Shown piece by piece: positions 1 through 25,300 of a stretch of DNA of 64,000 bases (positions within the stretch are counted from its first letter, which is position 1; each line of letters starts with the position of its first letter). The translations under genes and the position numbers were made by a program. The stretch is from Blastocystis sp. Blastoise. Taxonomy: Eukaryota > Protista > Bigyra: Opalinata. The notes below the pieces were generated by a model, which did not search any database, was not told the DNA's origin, and worked only from the letters and a program-made list of their open reading frames with translations. Where the stretch lies: positions 1 to 64,000 of the forward strand of contig JBBPEB010000020.1 in the NCBI GenBank assembly GCA_039096225.1. Direction: 5' to 3'.

Positions 1-479
1 GTGGCATCGGCTTCGCCGATGCTTCGTATCCTTTAGAGTTTTATAATTTATATAAATATTTTTTAAATATATACTATCATATAAATAAGTAAACATACTT
101 TTAAAAAGATTTTTATGGTTTATAATAGTTTCATTAAATAAAACATTTCTTAATAAATCTCTAATATAAATTACATTTATCTAAGAAAGATATTATAATA
201 TGAAAATAAACAACAATTCTATTTATTTTTTCAAGTTATTCTTCTTAAATTATTTTTTCGGGAATGTTTCTTTATTAATTCATATTTTTGTTTTATTTGT
301 TTTATATATAATAAATAATTTAAAAATTTTATGTTATCAGTGACTAAATCAAAATGTTTATATATATTCTTTACTCTATTTATTCATTTATCAAATTGAT
401 TTTATGGTATCATGCATATATTCTATCTAAATAGATCTTATTTAGATTATATAGTTTTTTAAATGAATATATATGTTTC

Positions 480-632
480 GTGATATGAAATAGTAGTAGT
501 TAAACTTTTGAATTTTTAAAATTTTAATTCTTTTTTTTTTCCTATAAAAAACAACGCGTTGTATTTTATAGATAAAAAATTAAATTAAAATTTTAAAAAT
601 TCAAAAGTTTAACTACTACTATTTCATATCAC
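480..632. repeat. ~150 bp near-perfect foldback palindrome (possible MITE remnant)
   Basis: GTGATATGAAATAGTAGTAGTTAAACTTTTGAATTTTTAAAATTTTAATT at 480 is mirrored by AATTAAAATTTTAAAAATTCAAAAGTTTAACTACTACTATTTCATATCAC ending at 632; the centre is ACAACGCGTTGT. Confidence 0.85.
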
Positions 633-3600
633 TAATATCTACTTATCTATATATAATAAAAATGCATGATAGTTTATGAATAAGAATTTGTATTCATATT
701 TTCTTTTTTAATAATAGATAAATTTTTTTTTTATATTCATAAAGAATCCATTTCATAATAAAGATGTCTAAAAGTAATGGAAATAAAATTATTTTTTTTT
801 ACATTTTAAAAATTTATAAACTAAGTCATTAAATTTTTCTATGTTTATACATATTTAAAGCTACTTTTGAAAAGAACAAAAAATAAATATAAAAAAACAT
901 TATCGTTTTTTAAAAATGAATTCTTATGATAAGAAAATATATATCATACTTTAATATGTCATATATACTAAAAATAATTATTAGCTTGACTAATATAAAT
1001 TTTCACTATTATAAATAAATATATAGTCGTTGTAATTAAAAAACAATTTTTTCAAACTATTAATAGTATTTATACGGGTACAATAATCAAGAAACAGTAT
1101 TAAAAAAGTAAAAATATTTTGAGAGACATACCACTTTGAATTTTTATTTCTCAGTCAATTTTTATTTTTAAGAACTAATTCTTTATATATTATAATTAGA
1201 ATAAAACATATTATATATTATAAAAATATTGACTTCATTGATAGAAAAATGATGATTGAAATTGACCTTAGTTAAAACAATAAAAACAAAATTTTTGAAA
1301 AGAATAAAAATTTCTTTTTCATTTTTGAACCGGAGATTCAACGATATTTTATATTTTGACTTTATATATATATGTAATATTATATTATCTATTAATATGA
1401 CTTTTAAAAAGTGTGTTAGAACGACTTATTTTTTTACAAAGTCGCAATTAACTTTTTTAACCTTTTTTAAAAAGACTTTAAAGGCAATAAGTATCATAGT
1501 GTAACATATAAGGCATCCTTATATCAAATAGAAAGTCAAAGATCGAAATTAATGAGGTCAAAATAAGCCGATACAACAACTTTGTTGTCATAAATATGCA
1601 ATAATGACAGATTTGTGTATAATATAGGTCACTGTATTCATAAATGTAGTCATAAATTGATTTTATGAGGGTCAACCAAACAGATATCGACTCATTCTTG
1701 TCTTTAAAGAAACCTGATGTGTTCAATGAGTGGCGATTTTTGTCTAAACTACAAATATTAAGTACAAAAGTTTTTATTAAGAGTAAAATGATTTCGATAT
1801 CTCTTCGACCTTTTTATTTTAAAAATATGTTCAAATAATTTATGAATATAAACATCTAGAATAAATCCTGTAACGTTTAAAAATTAATAAAATAAAAAAT
1901 GTTGACAGAACACGTAATTGAATTTTTTTTGTTATTTTTTCAACATGCTAAAAACAGGTTTTAATGACTTTTAGGATGGTTTCATGAGTTATCATGATGA
2001 TCCAGATAGTTTTCATTAAAATTTAAAAGGGTCAAAAGAGAATGTGTCCGATATCTCAAAACTTTGTGGATCAATTTTTTTAAAAGCTTCATACATTATC
2101 ATTATTTAGGTTATTTTATGTATATAGATTAAAGTTAAGTCTATTAAGTCACTTTGATAACTGATTATTTGTCTAAATTGTTTCTTATATTTTAAAAGTT
2201 GTTTTTATGTGTGGCGAAAAATGTTATAAATTATAAAATGAAGTTATAAATAATAAATGTAAAAAAATAAATAAAATATATAAAAAAAGAAATTAAAAAG
2301 AAATAAGAAATTTTAAAAATAAAAGATAAAAAAAAATTGGATAAAAAAATTGCAAAATAAAGTTTTGTAAAAGAAAAAGAAATATAATTGAAATTTTTTT
2401 GAAAGAATGAAGACAAAATGATTAGAAGTATAAACTTTGACCATGTCAATAAATTTTTGGCGCGAAAATAAACAAAGATATTTGTGTTCTTTTTATCCAA
2501 TTAGAATGAGTTTTCAAAAATTTTTAATCGATTTCATAGGACGGCCAACTTGCTAACGGTCGGCAAAACTTCTCGGACTATTTTGAGGCCTTAGATATGG
2601 AATTTTTGAAAAATTAAAAAAACTAAAATAAAATTTGGAACATAATCTATAACATACTGAAAGAATATTTTCATAGTCTTAACCATCATAGAATAAACGG
2701 TCCGTGAACTTAAGACACAAATATCCAACTTCTATTGCCTTTATATATAACATTAGCAATAAACATATTAACAAAAAGATATACAAAATAAGACCTCTTT
2801 TAAAAATTCTCATGAATATCTAATTCTCTTTTAGTTAAAAATTAATTTTTACCGCTAATTTATTTCTATAAGAAAACACAAAAAGTATATCTCTTTCAAT
2901 AATGCTTATATATTTTATATAGAATTCCTGCATATACTATATGACTACTTATTTCACATAAAACCTTTATTTTATTTAAATACACTTTAATTAATTCAAA
3001 ACAATTCAGAATCTACTTTCTGCTAATGATTTTTGTGTTTTTTAAGTGTACTGCCAAAAATGTTCAAATAACCCTGAATTGAACGAGTAAGTTCTCGGGA
3101 AAAAAATCATTCCTTTTTCTGGTTATAACAAAACCGCCCGAACCGGGCAACTGAATTAGCAGAAAATGAGCTGCCCAAATTGTTTATGAAAAACCCAGTA
3201 TTACTGGGTTTTCCATAATTTTTCATAAAAAATTCAAAACTTTTAGTAAATTTTTCAAAAATTTTGGTATTTTTTCATAATTTTTCGTTTTTTTCCAAAA
3301 ATAATTCAATTTTTTCCATAATTAATTACTTTTTTCCAGAAGAGTTTCGTTTTTTTTCAATAAAAATTCAATTTTTTTTCATAATAATTTCATTCTTTAA
3401 TAACTTTTTTAAAAGTATTAGACTTGTATATTTTTTTGAAAAACTAAACAACATTTGAAGACTTTTTAAACAACTTCAACACAAAATTAAGTTTTAAATT
3501 AAGTTTCAATCACTTCATTGTTCAAACAACGACTATGATACGAGATTGAATGACGTTCCCAACCTAAAACATTCTCAATAGTCATACAATCGTTCATTCT

Positions 3601-5071
3601 AAACTTAACCATCTCCTGAATTAGGAAATAGCGATATTCGGTGAGATTCATTTGATGTTGTTGAGCCTCAGCAAGAATATGTTCTTTACTCCAATCAAAT
3701 GAAGAAATACTCTCACGAGCCTTCTATTTAATGGCAGAAAAGCATTCTTCAATAGGATTAAGAAAAGGCGACCAAGGAGGGAGAAACTTGTAAAAAACAT
3801 TTTTTTCACGGAAAACATCAAGAATTTCCGTGGTTTTATGAATGCTACAATTGTCTAGAATGACACAGCATGGTTTATTGGTATGCATCATGTTTAACTT
3901 ATCACAAAGACCAATCAAAAATTCTTTAAAAGAATCTGAACCAACAGAATTCTTAAAAAATTGATGATAAACATAACCAGAGATACTTGAGATTCCAAGA
4001 ACCAATGAAACATTACAAAATCGTTGCCCATCCACAACGAGAATCGCGGGTTGACCCTTAATTGAGCGGCCAAATGTTCGTTTTTCCCAGAGATTAAAAC
4101 CAGCTTCGTCAACGTATACAAAATTATACGCATTGCTGTTTTGGCTAAACCATTGGGTAAATTCTTTTCGTAAGCCAATAGTTCTTTCAGTATTTCTGTC
4201 ACATGGAGACAACTGGATTTTTTTTGAAGTATATAGAAGGCCTTCCAAGACGCGATGAATCGTGGTTATTGACGGAATTTGGCTTTCTGGAAATTGATTG
4301 ACTAGAGTACCCTTTATTTTTCGTAAAGTAATAGCAGGATCTTCATCCACCATTTTAATAATAGCAGACTTTATTTCATCAGTAGTGACTTTGATTGGAC
4401 GGCCGACAGTTTTGGTAGGGACAGAATCATTACGGGGATTTCGACTTTTGCTAAATATTGACCTAGCTGTAGAGATTTTGACATCAAGGGTTTTTAGAAG
4501 CGTTTTTATATCTTCAGGATGCTGCTCAAAGCAACGGATAATTGCATCTTTCATTTCTTTCGTAATCTTTTGATATTTACTAGAGATGAGAAATGACTAA
4601 AGTCACGACTTATGACTATTATTCACGGTTAGTCACCAAATTTTGGCTTAAAGTCGACTATTTTTAATGGGAAATCGTAATCATATGACTAAAAACATAA
4701 AAACTTCATACTTAATATGTTTTTATATATTTCTTGCTTATTTTGTAATTTTTAGCAAAACATATCATTTATTCACATTATAGCGACAAAGTATATCAAG
4801 TAAAAGTCAAAATTAAAAAGAAAAGAAATCAATTATTATACATTTATTTTTTTACACTTTGTTTTTCTATAACAATTGATTAATTTAAATTCTGGGAGCA
4901 TACAGCAAAGCGAAAATGGTAATTTTAAGATAAATTGTATAAAGAGTTTTTATAATTGTGTAGAAAAAACACTGGAAAACTATTTTTAATGAACAATACA
5001 CTGTATTAATAAAAAAACAGTCTATTATGAACATAAAGAAAAAAAATATTTAAATATAATATTAATTAATT

Positions 5072-8190
<3,119 letters not shown>

Positions 8191-10519
8191 TATATGATGG
8201 AGAAATACAAAGAAATAATAATAATAAAATTATCAAAGTCATGACTACTCCCATGAAAAATCGATTTGACTTTTAAAAAACAGCAGTGACTTTTCCCATA
8301 AATTTTTAGTAATCATGAGTCACGATGACTAAAAAAATCACGACTATAGTCACATAAACCTTAGTCATTGCTCATCTCTAATATTTACAACCTTTTCTCA
8401 TAGAATTACGTCTTTGAGTTGCACCACTGTTATTGTCAACGACCTCTTGTTGAGTTGAATCTCCTAAAACCACATTTTGACCACTGATTTCGTCACCAGT
8501 ATGATTATTTTCCATTTTTGAGAGTCTATTTTAAAAAAGAATTATAAAATATATGTATTCGTCAAAAAAAATATACAAAACTATTAATTAATAAAAAATT
8601 ATTAAAAAATGAAATTATTATGAAATTTTTTTGAATTTTTATTGAAAAAAAACGAAACTCTTCTGGAAAATAGTAATTAATTATGGAAAAAATTGAAATA
8701 GTTTTGAAAAAAAACGAAAAATTATGAAAAAGTTTCAAAATTTTTGAAAAATTTACTAAAAATTTTGAAATTTTTGTGAAAAATTATGGAAAACCCAGTA
8801 TTGTCTGGAGTATTTAACTCATTTTATTTAGAAAACTATTGATGGAATTTTTAAAATAATGAAGTCAATTTGAAAAATAACCCAGAAAAAAAATTATATT
8901 AAAGTACCTGAAACAGACTGACCTCCTGTACCAAAGTGACACTTTTTCTAAAAAAACATAATTCTCATGGGAATTTATTTTATTACAGTTAAAAATATTA
9001 AAAAAACATGGAAATCAGTTTTTTCTTCTTAATTGTTAAACAAAACAATACGTGATAACAAATATATATAATAAATAAAAAAATTATAAAAAAAAATGAA
9101 AAAAAATATATAGAAATTATAATAATTAGCATGAATATTAGTACTATAGTATAAATTAGTAATTAATAAATAAAAAGAATATATTTATATATAATTATTA
9201 AGAAGAATATATTATAAAGCATCATCATTTTCTGAGGAAACACTGATTTCATCATTATTAACAGGTCTAGAAGTATATGTTAATATTCTATTAGATATTT
9301 TTGATGATCTATTATTTTCTTTTGCTCTAGAACAATCTTCAAAGTCATGAATGAACTCTTCTTCATTATCAATAAGTAGTTTTGAAGCATCCCAAGCACT
9401 CATAATGTTTCTCCTAGTAAATGATTCACTAAAAGCATTCTCAGAAGCAGAAAGAAGTGAGTATCTACCTGTTTGTTTATAATATCGTCGAAATTTTGAT
9501 TTAAATGCATTATATATTACTAGATCCAGTGGCTGAAATACACTTGTTGTTCCTTTAGGAAGAATAAGTACTTCTACATGATTAATCTTACATAAATCTA
9601 GAAAAGACGTATCATTTCTTGTATTATGAGCATCCATAATTAAAAGACCCTAATCATCATTAGAAGTTAAACCTAAATGGGATCTTTTATTATTAACTGA
9701 TGGAAGGAAAACATCAAGAAGCCATGAAGATAAGATATCTTTATTAATCCATCCTTTAGTATAGAACCATGTAGTTAAATATTCAAGCATTTCTTTTTTA
9801 ATTTTATCTTTATTATATGTGCTCTTATCAACAATATATGAAGAAAGTATACATGTTTCATCTGAACAAATACACCCAATAAGTGTGGTATGTGTTACAG
9901 AAGTACCCTGATCAGTAATAGGTATAGAATCAGTAGTAACAGCAACAACAGTTCTTAATCTCTTTTCTCCACATGTGACCCATGATTCATCCATATTGTA
10001 TATGAGAGAATGATGAATGTTTCTTTCTTTAATAATATAATGGATATTTCTATATAATGTTTTTGCATCCTTTACTGTTGGTCTCACTTTTGCTACATAA
10101 TTAGTTAATGGCTTCTTCAACTGAATATCATATTTTTTCAATAAATTTCTCACATATGCTTCAGAAACATCTTTTATAACTCCATTTCCTCTTCTTGCAT
10201 TATTGATACTTCTTCTTCTAATCTCTTCAGAAATTTCGACTTTAGTAGGACATTTTTTGATTCTAATACATTCTTTTATCCATTCCACAATTTCCTTTTC
10301 TTCATCATCACTTAAACACTTTTGATTACCAGGATGTAGTAATACACTGGTAGGCATTTTTCATGGGACCAAAATTAAGACAAACTAGAAATTGTTGCTA
10401 AATAATTTTAAGACACTTTTCAGTCATAGCGAATAGAGTAGCCAAAAAATAGGTTATTTTTGTCGGATATAATCTGTCTTTTTCATTCGTTCAGAATTCT
10501 TTTAGAAACGTCATTTTTT

Positions 10520-11128
10520 ATTTATTTATCGTTGTGTGAATGATAATAAAAATATATATAACAAAAGACAATAGATAATAATAAAAAAATAATAACAATA
10601 ATAAAGATAATAAAATAATAATTATTTATAATATTTTTGAGTAATTTGATATCATTTTGGATCACTATATATACATAAATGATAGAAATGATAATAATAT
10701 AGATAACATATAAATATATACCTTTATGTATCACTTGTAGAATACCCCTTGAAGAAAAACCACAACTATAAAAATATAATTTATAAAAATAAATATATTA
10801 TAATAATATACCTTCAACCACCAAACAGACTAGACCAAGAGAAACCTCATGAAGGACCTAGAACCTATATAAAAATAAAAGTAGTTAATTTTAAAAAAAT
10901 AAAATATAATAAAATACCTTCAAAACCAGGGAGTTGTTAACCAAGGAGACCGACAACAACACCTGAACCTATAGAAGATGATAATAATAATAACAAAGAG
11001 AATGCTAAAAATATATACCTTTAATAGCACAAGATTTCTAGTTACATAGACCCCACAACTCATTGTTTAACTTTAAAGAAGAAGACCAATTAGGACCTAT
11101 TTGAATCTATTTGGATAGATCATGAAGA
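10520..11128 (-). other. Conserved 5-exon spliced module of CACTA-A (no intact ORF)
   Basis: GT-AG bounded exons 11128-11019, 10968-10918, 10864-10812, 10765-10722 and 10664 onward; homologous to 31908-32520. Confidence 0.7.
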
Positions 11129-11919
11129 CTATAAAGTTTAAAGCAAATAAAAAATATTATATACATCTTATAATATATAAAAAATATCTGAAAAATAAAT
11201 AAAAATAAAAATAAATATGAGAAACTATTAAATCTTAAAAACAATGAGAAATTCCCCCTTATAAAATCTTTTTTTCTATAATAAAAGTTTGTGTAAATTC
11301 GCTGTTTCCAGGGGTTAAAACATTTTAAAATTTTCCCTTTTTCTCTATTTAAAAGTCTATTTGAATTTTTAATTGATATATAAATGTTATATGTGTCTAT
11401 TAAGCTTAATTATTTAATTATAACAGATTTCCGGACTTAATTAAACAAGAAAATTGTTATTTTAATAAACTATAATTACAATTAAATATATTTGTTAGTT
11501 ATTTTTATATAATACTATTCTATTTATAATAAGAATGCAATAGAGAATCAAAAAATATATTTAGTATAGCTATTTATGAAGATACAATTTACAATTGGCA
11601 ACTTTTGTTTTATAATATGTTTTAGTTCAACGAATCATATATTATTATTAGTGAATAAATAAACTGAGAATGTCTGAGAGGTTTGTAAGTGGTTTTAGAC
11701 ATTATAAAGAATATCATAAAATATAAATAGAAACTGTATTTATGTTAAACTCCTTTTTATGTTATTCCAAAAGAATTCTTTTAAAATATTTTTATTCTCA
11801 AATACTACAAAACAAAATGTATATAAAAAATAAATATAACACAATAAAAAATAGATAAAATAGATATTAGATAATATATATAAATATAAGTAACATATCA
11901 TTATAATACATATAATATG

Positions 11920-17290
<5,371 letters not shown>

Positions 17291-20200
17291 CAAATTAAAA
17301 ATAAAGATAAATTCATATTTAAAGTCAATTTTTTAGTCAAATACTAAAAATTTTCATAAAAATTCATTTTTAATTTTTTTTTAATTTTTTATGACTCAAT
17401 ACTAAAGTAACAAGTTTTAACAATTATATATTACACTATTGACACAACATTATTGTATCCCACTACTTTCAGGTTTTAAAAAAATACTCATTTTTGTTGA
17501 CTCTCTGATCTATTTATATTCTGTTCTAAAAACTATTGATTATAACTTGAAACGTTTTTATAATACATAATTAACTCTAAAAACAACTTTTTAAAAGACT
17601 TTTCTTTGATTCTGAGGAAAAGTAGTTTTTTTATAAGTTTTGACATACTATTTGTATGCGGAACTTTAAGTCATGATAGAATAAAATAAAAAAAAGTCTT
17701 TTAAAATTCTTATGTCCTCTGATATATAATAAAATATAAATAGACTCAGTTTTGAACAAGAAAATTATTCCCGTAAATATTTTAAAAATGAAAAACTCTG
17801 GTCTGATTGCCCATGGAATAAATGGGCTCGGTTCAATTTTTCAGTGTAAAAAAAATATAAATTTTTGACTTTTTGGCTGAATTTTGGTTCTGAGCCATAG
17901 AGGTCAGCTGATTGACTTTTAATTACATTTATGACTCTGAGAGGGTCTTCACTTCAAACACAACTATAAAATATTTTAAAATATTGACCCCATTATTTGT
18001 CGGAATTGCGACTTTAAAATAAAGAAAAACGTTTTGGATATTGTGTGACCCTCAATAAACAAAAAATAATGTCAATTCTTTATTAAAATATGTCTAATAG
18101 GGTTTTTAAAGTCTAATAGAACGTCGTCTTAAAATTTTTGTGAAAATTTTCATTTTTTTGCCTAAGTCTTTTTTTTATTCAAATTTTATTGGCTGAATAA
18201 GTTCTGAACGAAAATTAGCCAATCAAAAACCTTCAAAAACTCAAAAGTGCCTACCAGTGATACTTTGTTATTATTGACATTTTTCATAGATCTTTTTAGA
18301 GTAGAAGGTGAAATATTAGTAACTACTGAAATATCATCGAATGTAAGCTTTTTCATTCCATTTTTTCCATTGAATACTCTTTTCATAATGCATGCTTTTT
18401 TTCTAGGGCTATTTTCTTTCATCACTTCTGGATGATTCAATATTTCTCTCACTTTAATATCTTTATCAATTAACTCCAAATCAGGAACAGAAGGCATAAC
18501 AGAAAATTCGTTATTAGTAGAAGGTGTAGCAGTATCCATAGTTTGTAAAATAAATAGCAATATTTACAAAAATATATTTTTTTAATGAATTAATAATACA
18601 ATAACATATTTTTCTATCTACATGACAGTTAAAAACTGATTTCCATGTTTTTTTAATATTTTTAACTGTAATAAAATAAATTCCCATGAGAATTATGTTT
18701 TTTTAGAAAAAGTGTCACTTTGGTGCAGGAGGTCAGTCTGTTTCAGGCAGGGTTCGCCAAACTGTACTTAAAGTAGGCAATGTACTCCATGAAATTTTTT
18801 TTGTACTCCAAAAAGAGTTTTATTATTATTCTCTCAAACTTCTTTATTTATAAATATATCTTAATTAACACTTATGAGAACAATATTCTACACTAGAATA
18901 TATGTTTTTAATACACAATAAGTTTTTAACTATGCCATTGACCATTTTGGTGTCTACACTCGTTTTTTAGTTGTATATTGTATAAAATGTCATAAGTTAA
19001 TGTATATCTACATTATATATTTGATGTCATTAAAATTTACTCATATCTGAAGAGATCATTTTAGAGATTCACAGTCAAACGATTTTTTTTTAATTAATAT
19101 CAGATAATCATTGATTAACTGTTAATATATATCTAATAATTATGCATAAAAAGCTGTTTACACAAAAAAAAATAAAAATAAAATATTAGTTTACTAAAAG
19201 CAAGTTTAGTTATTTTTTTAAATTCTATTCTTGAAACTGAGGTAAAAATAAAATAGAAATTACTTTTACTAAAAACTAAAGCATATGGTTGCTATAGCAT
19301 ATCAATAATAGATGAATAAAAGAAGACACCCTAATTCAAAGAATGTTGAAATTTTTTTTATATATTATTGTTACACTGCCTGTAGTTCTTGGTTTAATGA
19401 TGCCTGAGTAGCAAATTAGACAATTTCAAACCAAGAAGTTACCATCATGATAGGAATCAGTCAGACTAGCAGTTAATACTATTCTGTCTATATCGTATAT
19501 GGCCATTAATCCTATTTAAACATTAAAAAGAATCGATTCTACTTTATTTTTTTTTGATTATTGTATTTGATCCAGGATAACATAATCGAATGAATTCTAA
19601 GGTATATCTAACATGTTTTTTTTGCATAATATTTTATGAATACTGTAAATTACAACTTTTATTTTGGTTTTCATAATTACCAAAACATTGACTATATTAA
19701 ATATAATTCTTTTAACTAGAATCATAATAATTTGTTGCAGTATCGTTTTCTATCATGTTTATGATAATGTTGTTTTTGTGAAATATAATTTTTAGTAATA
19801 ATCAAAAGTAAATTATAACATTAATATCCTTAATTTAGCAGCCCAAAAGTACGGTGTCTCACACACTTTCACTATTATTGACTTTGTTATTAACTTTTAT
19901 AAAATAAAAATTACATCATAAAATCCGGAACACAATTCTGAAAATGAGTGTTAAAGAAATTTTTCGAAAATTCTAAATTTCTGGCTAAAAAATGCAAAAA
20001 ACCATTTTCGCACAAAATTTTAACCAAAATTATTGGATTATTTTTATTTTAGCCAATATTTTTCATTTTTATAAAAACACTTATCAGGGGCCATCAGGCA
20101 GTACCTCTTAAAGCGGAAAATGGGGAAGCAAAGCGCAAAAAGAGCCAGTTTTCAACAAATTACACTGTAAAATTTATTAAAAAATTACAAAAAAAATCAC

Positions 20201-20611
20201 TAAAAAAACAAAAAAGCAAGTATAATTGTCTCAAAAAACATTGGAATTTTTTCAAAGATGGTGTTTTTGAGTTTATCTCGACATTAGTGACTGGTTTTGG
20301 TTTTTGCGAAAAAGTGACCAAAAATTTGCAAAAATTTGTAAAAATTTTTCCAGCCACAGAAACGTTTGTATCCGTTTTTATTTTAAGGTATTGGTTTGTA
20401 AATATTTTTATGTTTGAAATGAAATTAAATAAAAGAAAATAAGAGCCAGTGCAGTTTTTAATTTTAAATAAGACAACAAAAATTAACCAGTCACGAATTA
20501 AAAATTTTAAAGTAAAAATAAAACAAATCAAAAATGAATAAGTAATAAATGTATACATAAATCAATAGTTTTTATATAGATAATAACAATATATAGAAAG
20601 ATAAACACATA

Positions 20612-23134
<2,523 letters not shown>

Positions 23135-24089
23135 TTATACATATATTTATAAAAAAAATACATATATACATAAAGAAATTTAGGCGGGTTTTTTTTATAG
23201 GCAATTTATATAATTTACCGCGAGAAATAATCATTTACATGGTATTTTCTATTTTAATATTTTGGTTTGTAATTATTTGTAATTAATAAATATTTTAATA
23301 TTAAGTTACTTGTATACATCATATAATAAAAAATAAATTATATTTTGAATTTAAAATACTGAAAATACATAACTGATATTTTATTTATAATATATTGTTT
23401 GAGACAACGGAGAATACATAAAAAATAAAATAGTTTGTAAAAATTTGTACTCTTTAAAGACGAAAAATATTATCAAAATTTCTCCGTCAAATATTAAATA
23501 TATTCAAGAAAAAACACACAATTTTGGTCAAAAATAAAAGAGAAAAAAAGTTTGTAAAAGTTTGTAAAAGTTTGTAATTTACAAACAAAAAAACAAAAAA
23601 CCAAAACCAGTCACTACTCGACATCCTAATCACAACTATAATATTTCCAAGTAAAAAAAGTCAATAGTCAAAGAGAAAATCGAAATAATCGTTGAAGCGC
23701 AAAAACGACCTCTCAAAGCGCACTTTGCGCTTCAAGCGCACTTTTGGTGGCCCCTGACACTTATTTTTCCATTTTCATTTTTTATTGTTTTCTTATTTTT
23801 CCTATATCACTTCACATACTCTATATTTATTTTTATAAAATTGACTTTTATTGACGGGTTAGTCTTATAAATAGTTTTGACGGGTAAATTTGTTTATATT
23901 TACAACTTGACAACATATCAATACACACATCACTAACTATAAACTCTAAAAACATTTCATATGCAATGATACTGACCTCAACTACTCTAAAACAACAATA
24001 ATTCCTTTAAATAACGACAAAAGACAAACTGATATCCGACACATTCCTTCTTTATAAACTTATTTGAGTTTATTCAAGTTATTTAGAAT

Positions 24090-25300
24090 CAATACATGTC
24101 ATAAGTATATCTTTTAGTTGTTTAAAAAGTTTTAATAAGAAAATATTTGATAATAGAAATTTTGATGTTTTGATAGTATAGTTTGTTATTTGTCTTTCTC
24201 CTTGAGTTTTGGGTATTTTTTAAAAATAAAAGTATAATTATAATTAAGATAAGCTATTGCAGATACATATTTTTTATTTTATCTAAATATTTAATATTGA
24301 CTGAGAAACATTCATTTATATGAAAAACATAAAAATGAAAATTTTCAAAAAAAGGGTATAGTTTGTTATTGTGATTTCTCAATCAATTCTTAATAAAATA
24401 AAAAAGTTAAAACATATTTAGAAACTAGACATGTCATAGCAGATACATATTTTTCATTTTTTTAATTAATTGAAAACTCAGGTGACAAGAGTCAATAGTT
24501 GAACTCAATAAAAAATGACTTTCAAAAAATTTTCTTAAAAAGTTTTCATTTGTTTTTTGTTTATATTTTCATCATTAACAATTTTATTTGACATTTGACT
24601 TTATATTTAAAAACTACATACCAAAATAAACATATTTTACAATTTTATTTTGTTTTTAAAAGACTTTGACAACAGATCACCAGACAATGTTAACTCAATA
24701 AACTCTTAAAACGTTTTAATATGTGTTTAGAACCACTCATAGACACTGTACGTGACTTATTTGAAAAAGTTAAGACAACATGTTGAACTGATACAGACAA
24801 TGTTTGCTTTAAAAAGTCAGTTATGAGTCATTATGAGTTGTATATGTCATAAATAAGCTTTAAATAAATAAATTTGTTTTTAAAAATCTTTAATTAGTGA
24901 AATAAGTCGTTTAAAAAAAGAAAATGTTTTTGAGACTAAAGTTTATTTTGACAATTTTTCCATCAATATTAATTTTTAAAAAATAAATAAAACTTATATA
25001 TAAACTAGACAACCTATAGTTTATATATTTATAAAAATCTTATCAAAATATATAATAACTTTTGAGAAAAAAAATTATATATGCAAAACATAAAAAAATT
25101 AATTTTTGGAAAAAGGGTATACTTTATAACATTAATTTCTCAGTCAATATTTAATTATTTAATATAATTTTAGCAAATATATATAGAGAATAAAATATAT
25201 TAACGATATAAATTTTAACATTTAAAATTAATTAAGAAATGAGTTCAGTAGAGTCAATAGTATAACATGTTAAAAAACTGAAAATTGAAAAATCGTTTTT
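24090..25300. repeat. Degenerate ~180 bp direct/inverted repeat units
   Basis: TATAGTTTGTTATT at 24177 and 24357, and GCAGATACATATTTTT at 24259 and 24439 (180 bp period). TATTGACTGAGAAA (~24295) is the reverse complement of TTTCTCAGTCAAT (~25136, also ~1147). Confidence 0.6.

Noticed and set aside
1478-3180. Short ORFs and weak inverted repeats (e.g. ~1800/2040, ~3017/3160) as additional elements
   Set aside because: No matching TIR pair with a TSD could be established; probably decayed TE sequence.
9650-10357. ORF starting MPTSVLLH as an independent gene
   Set aside because: The ATG and first codons come from the CACTA-A TIR; the true N-terminus is at 18539-18260.
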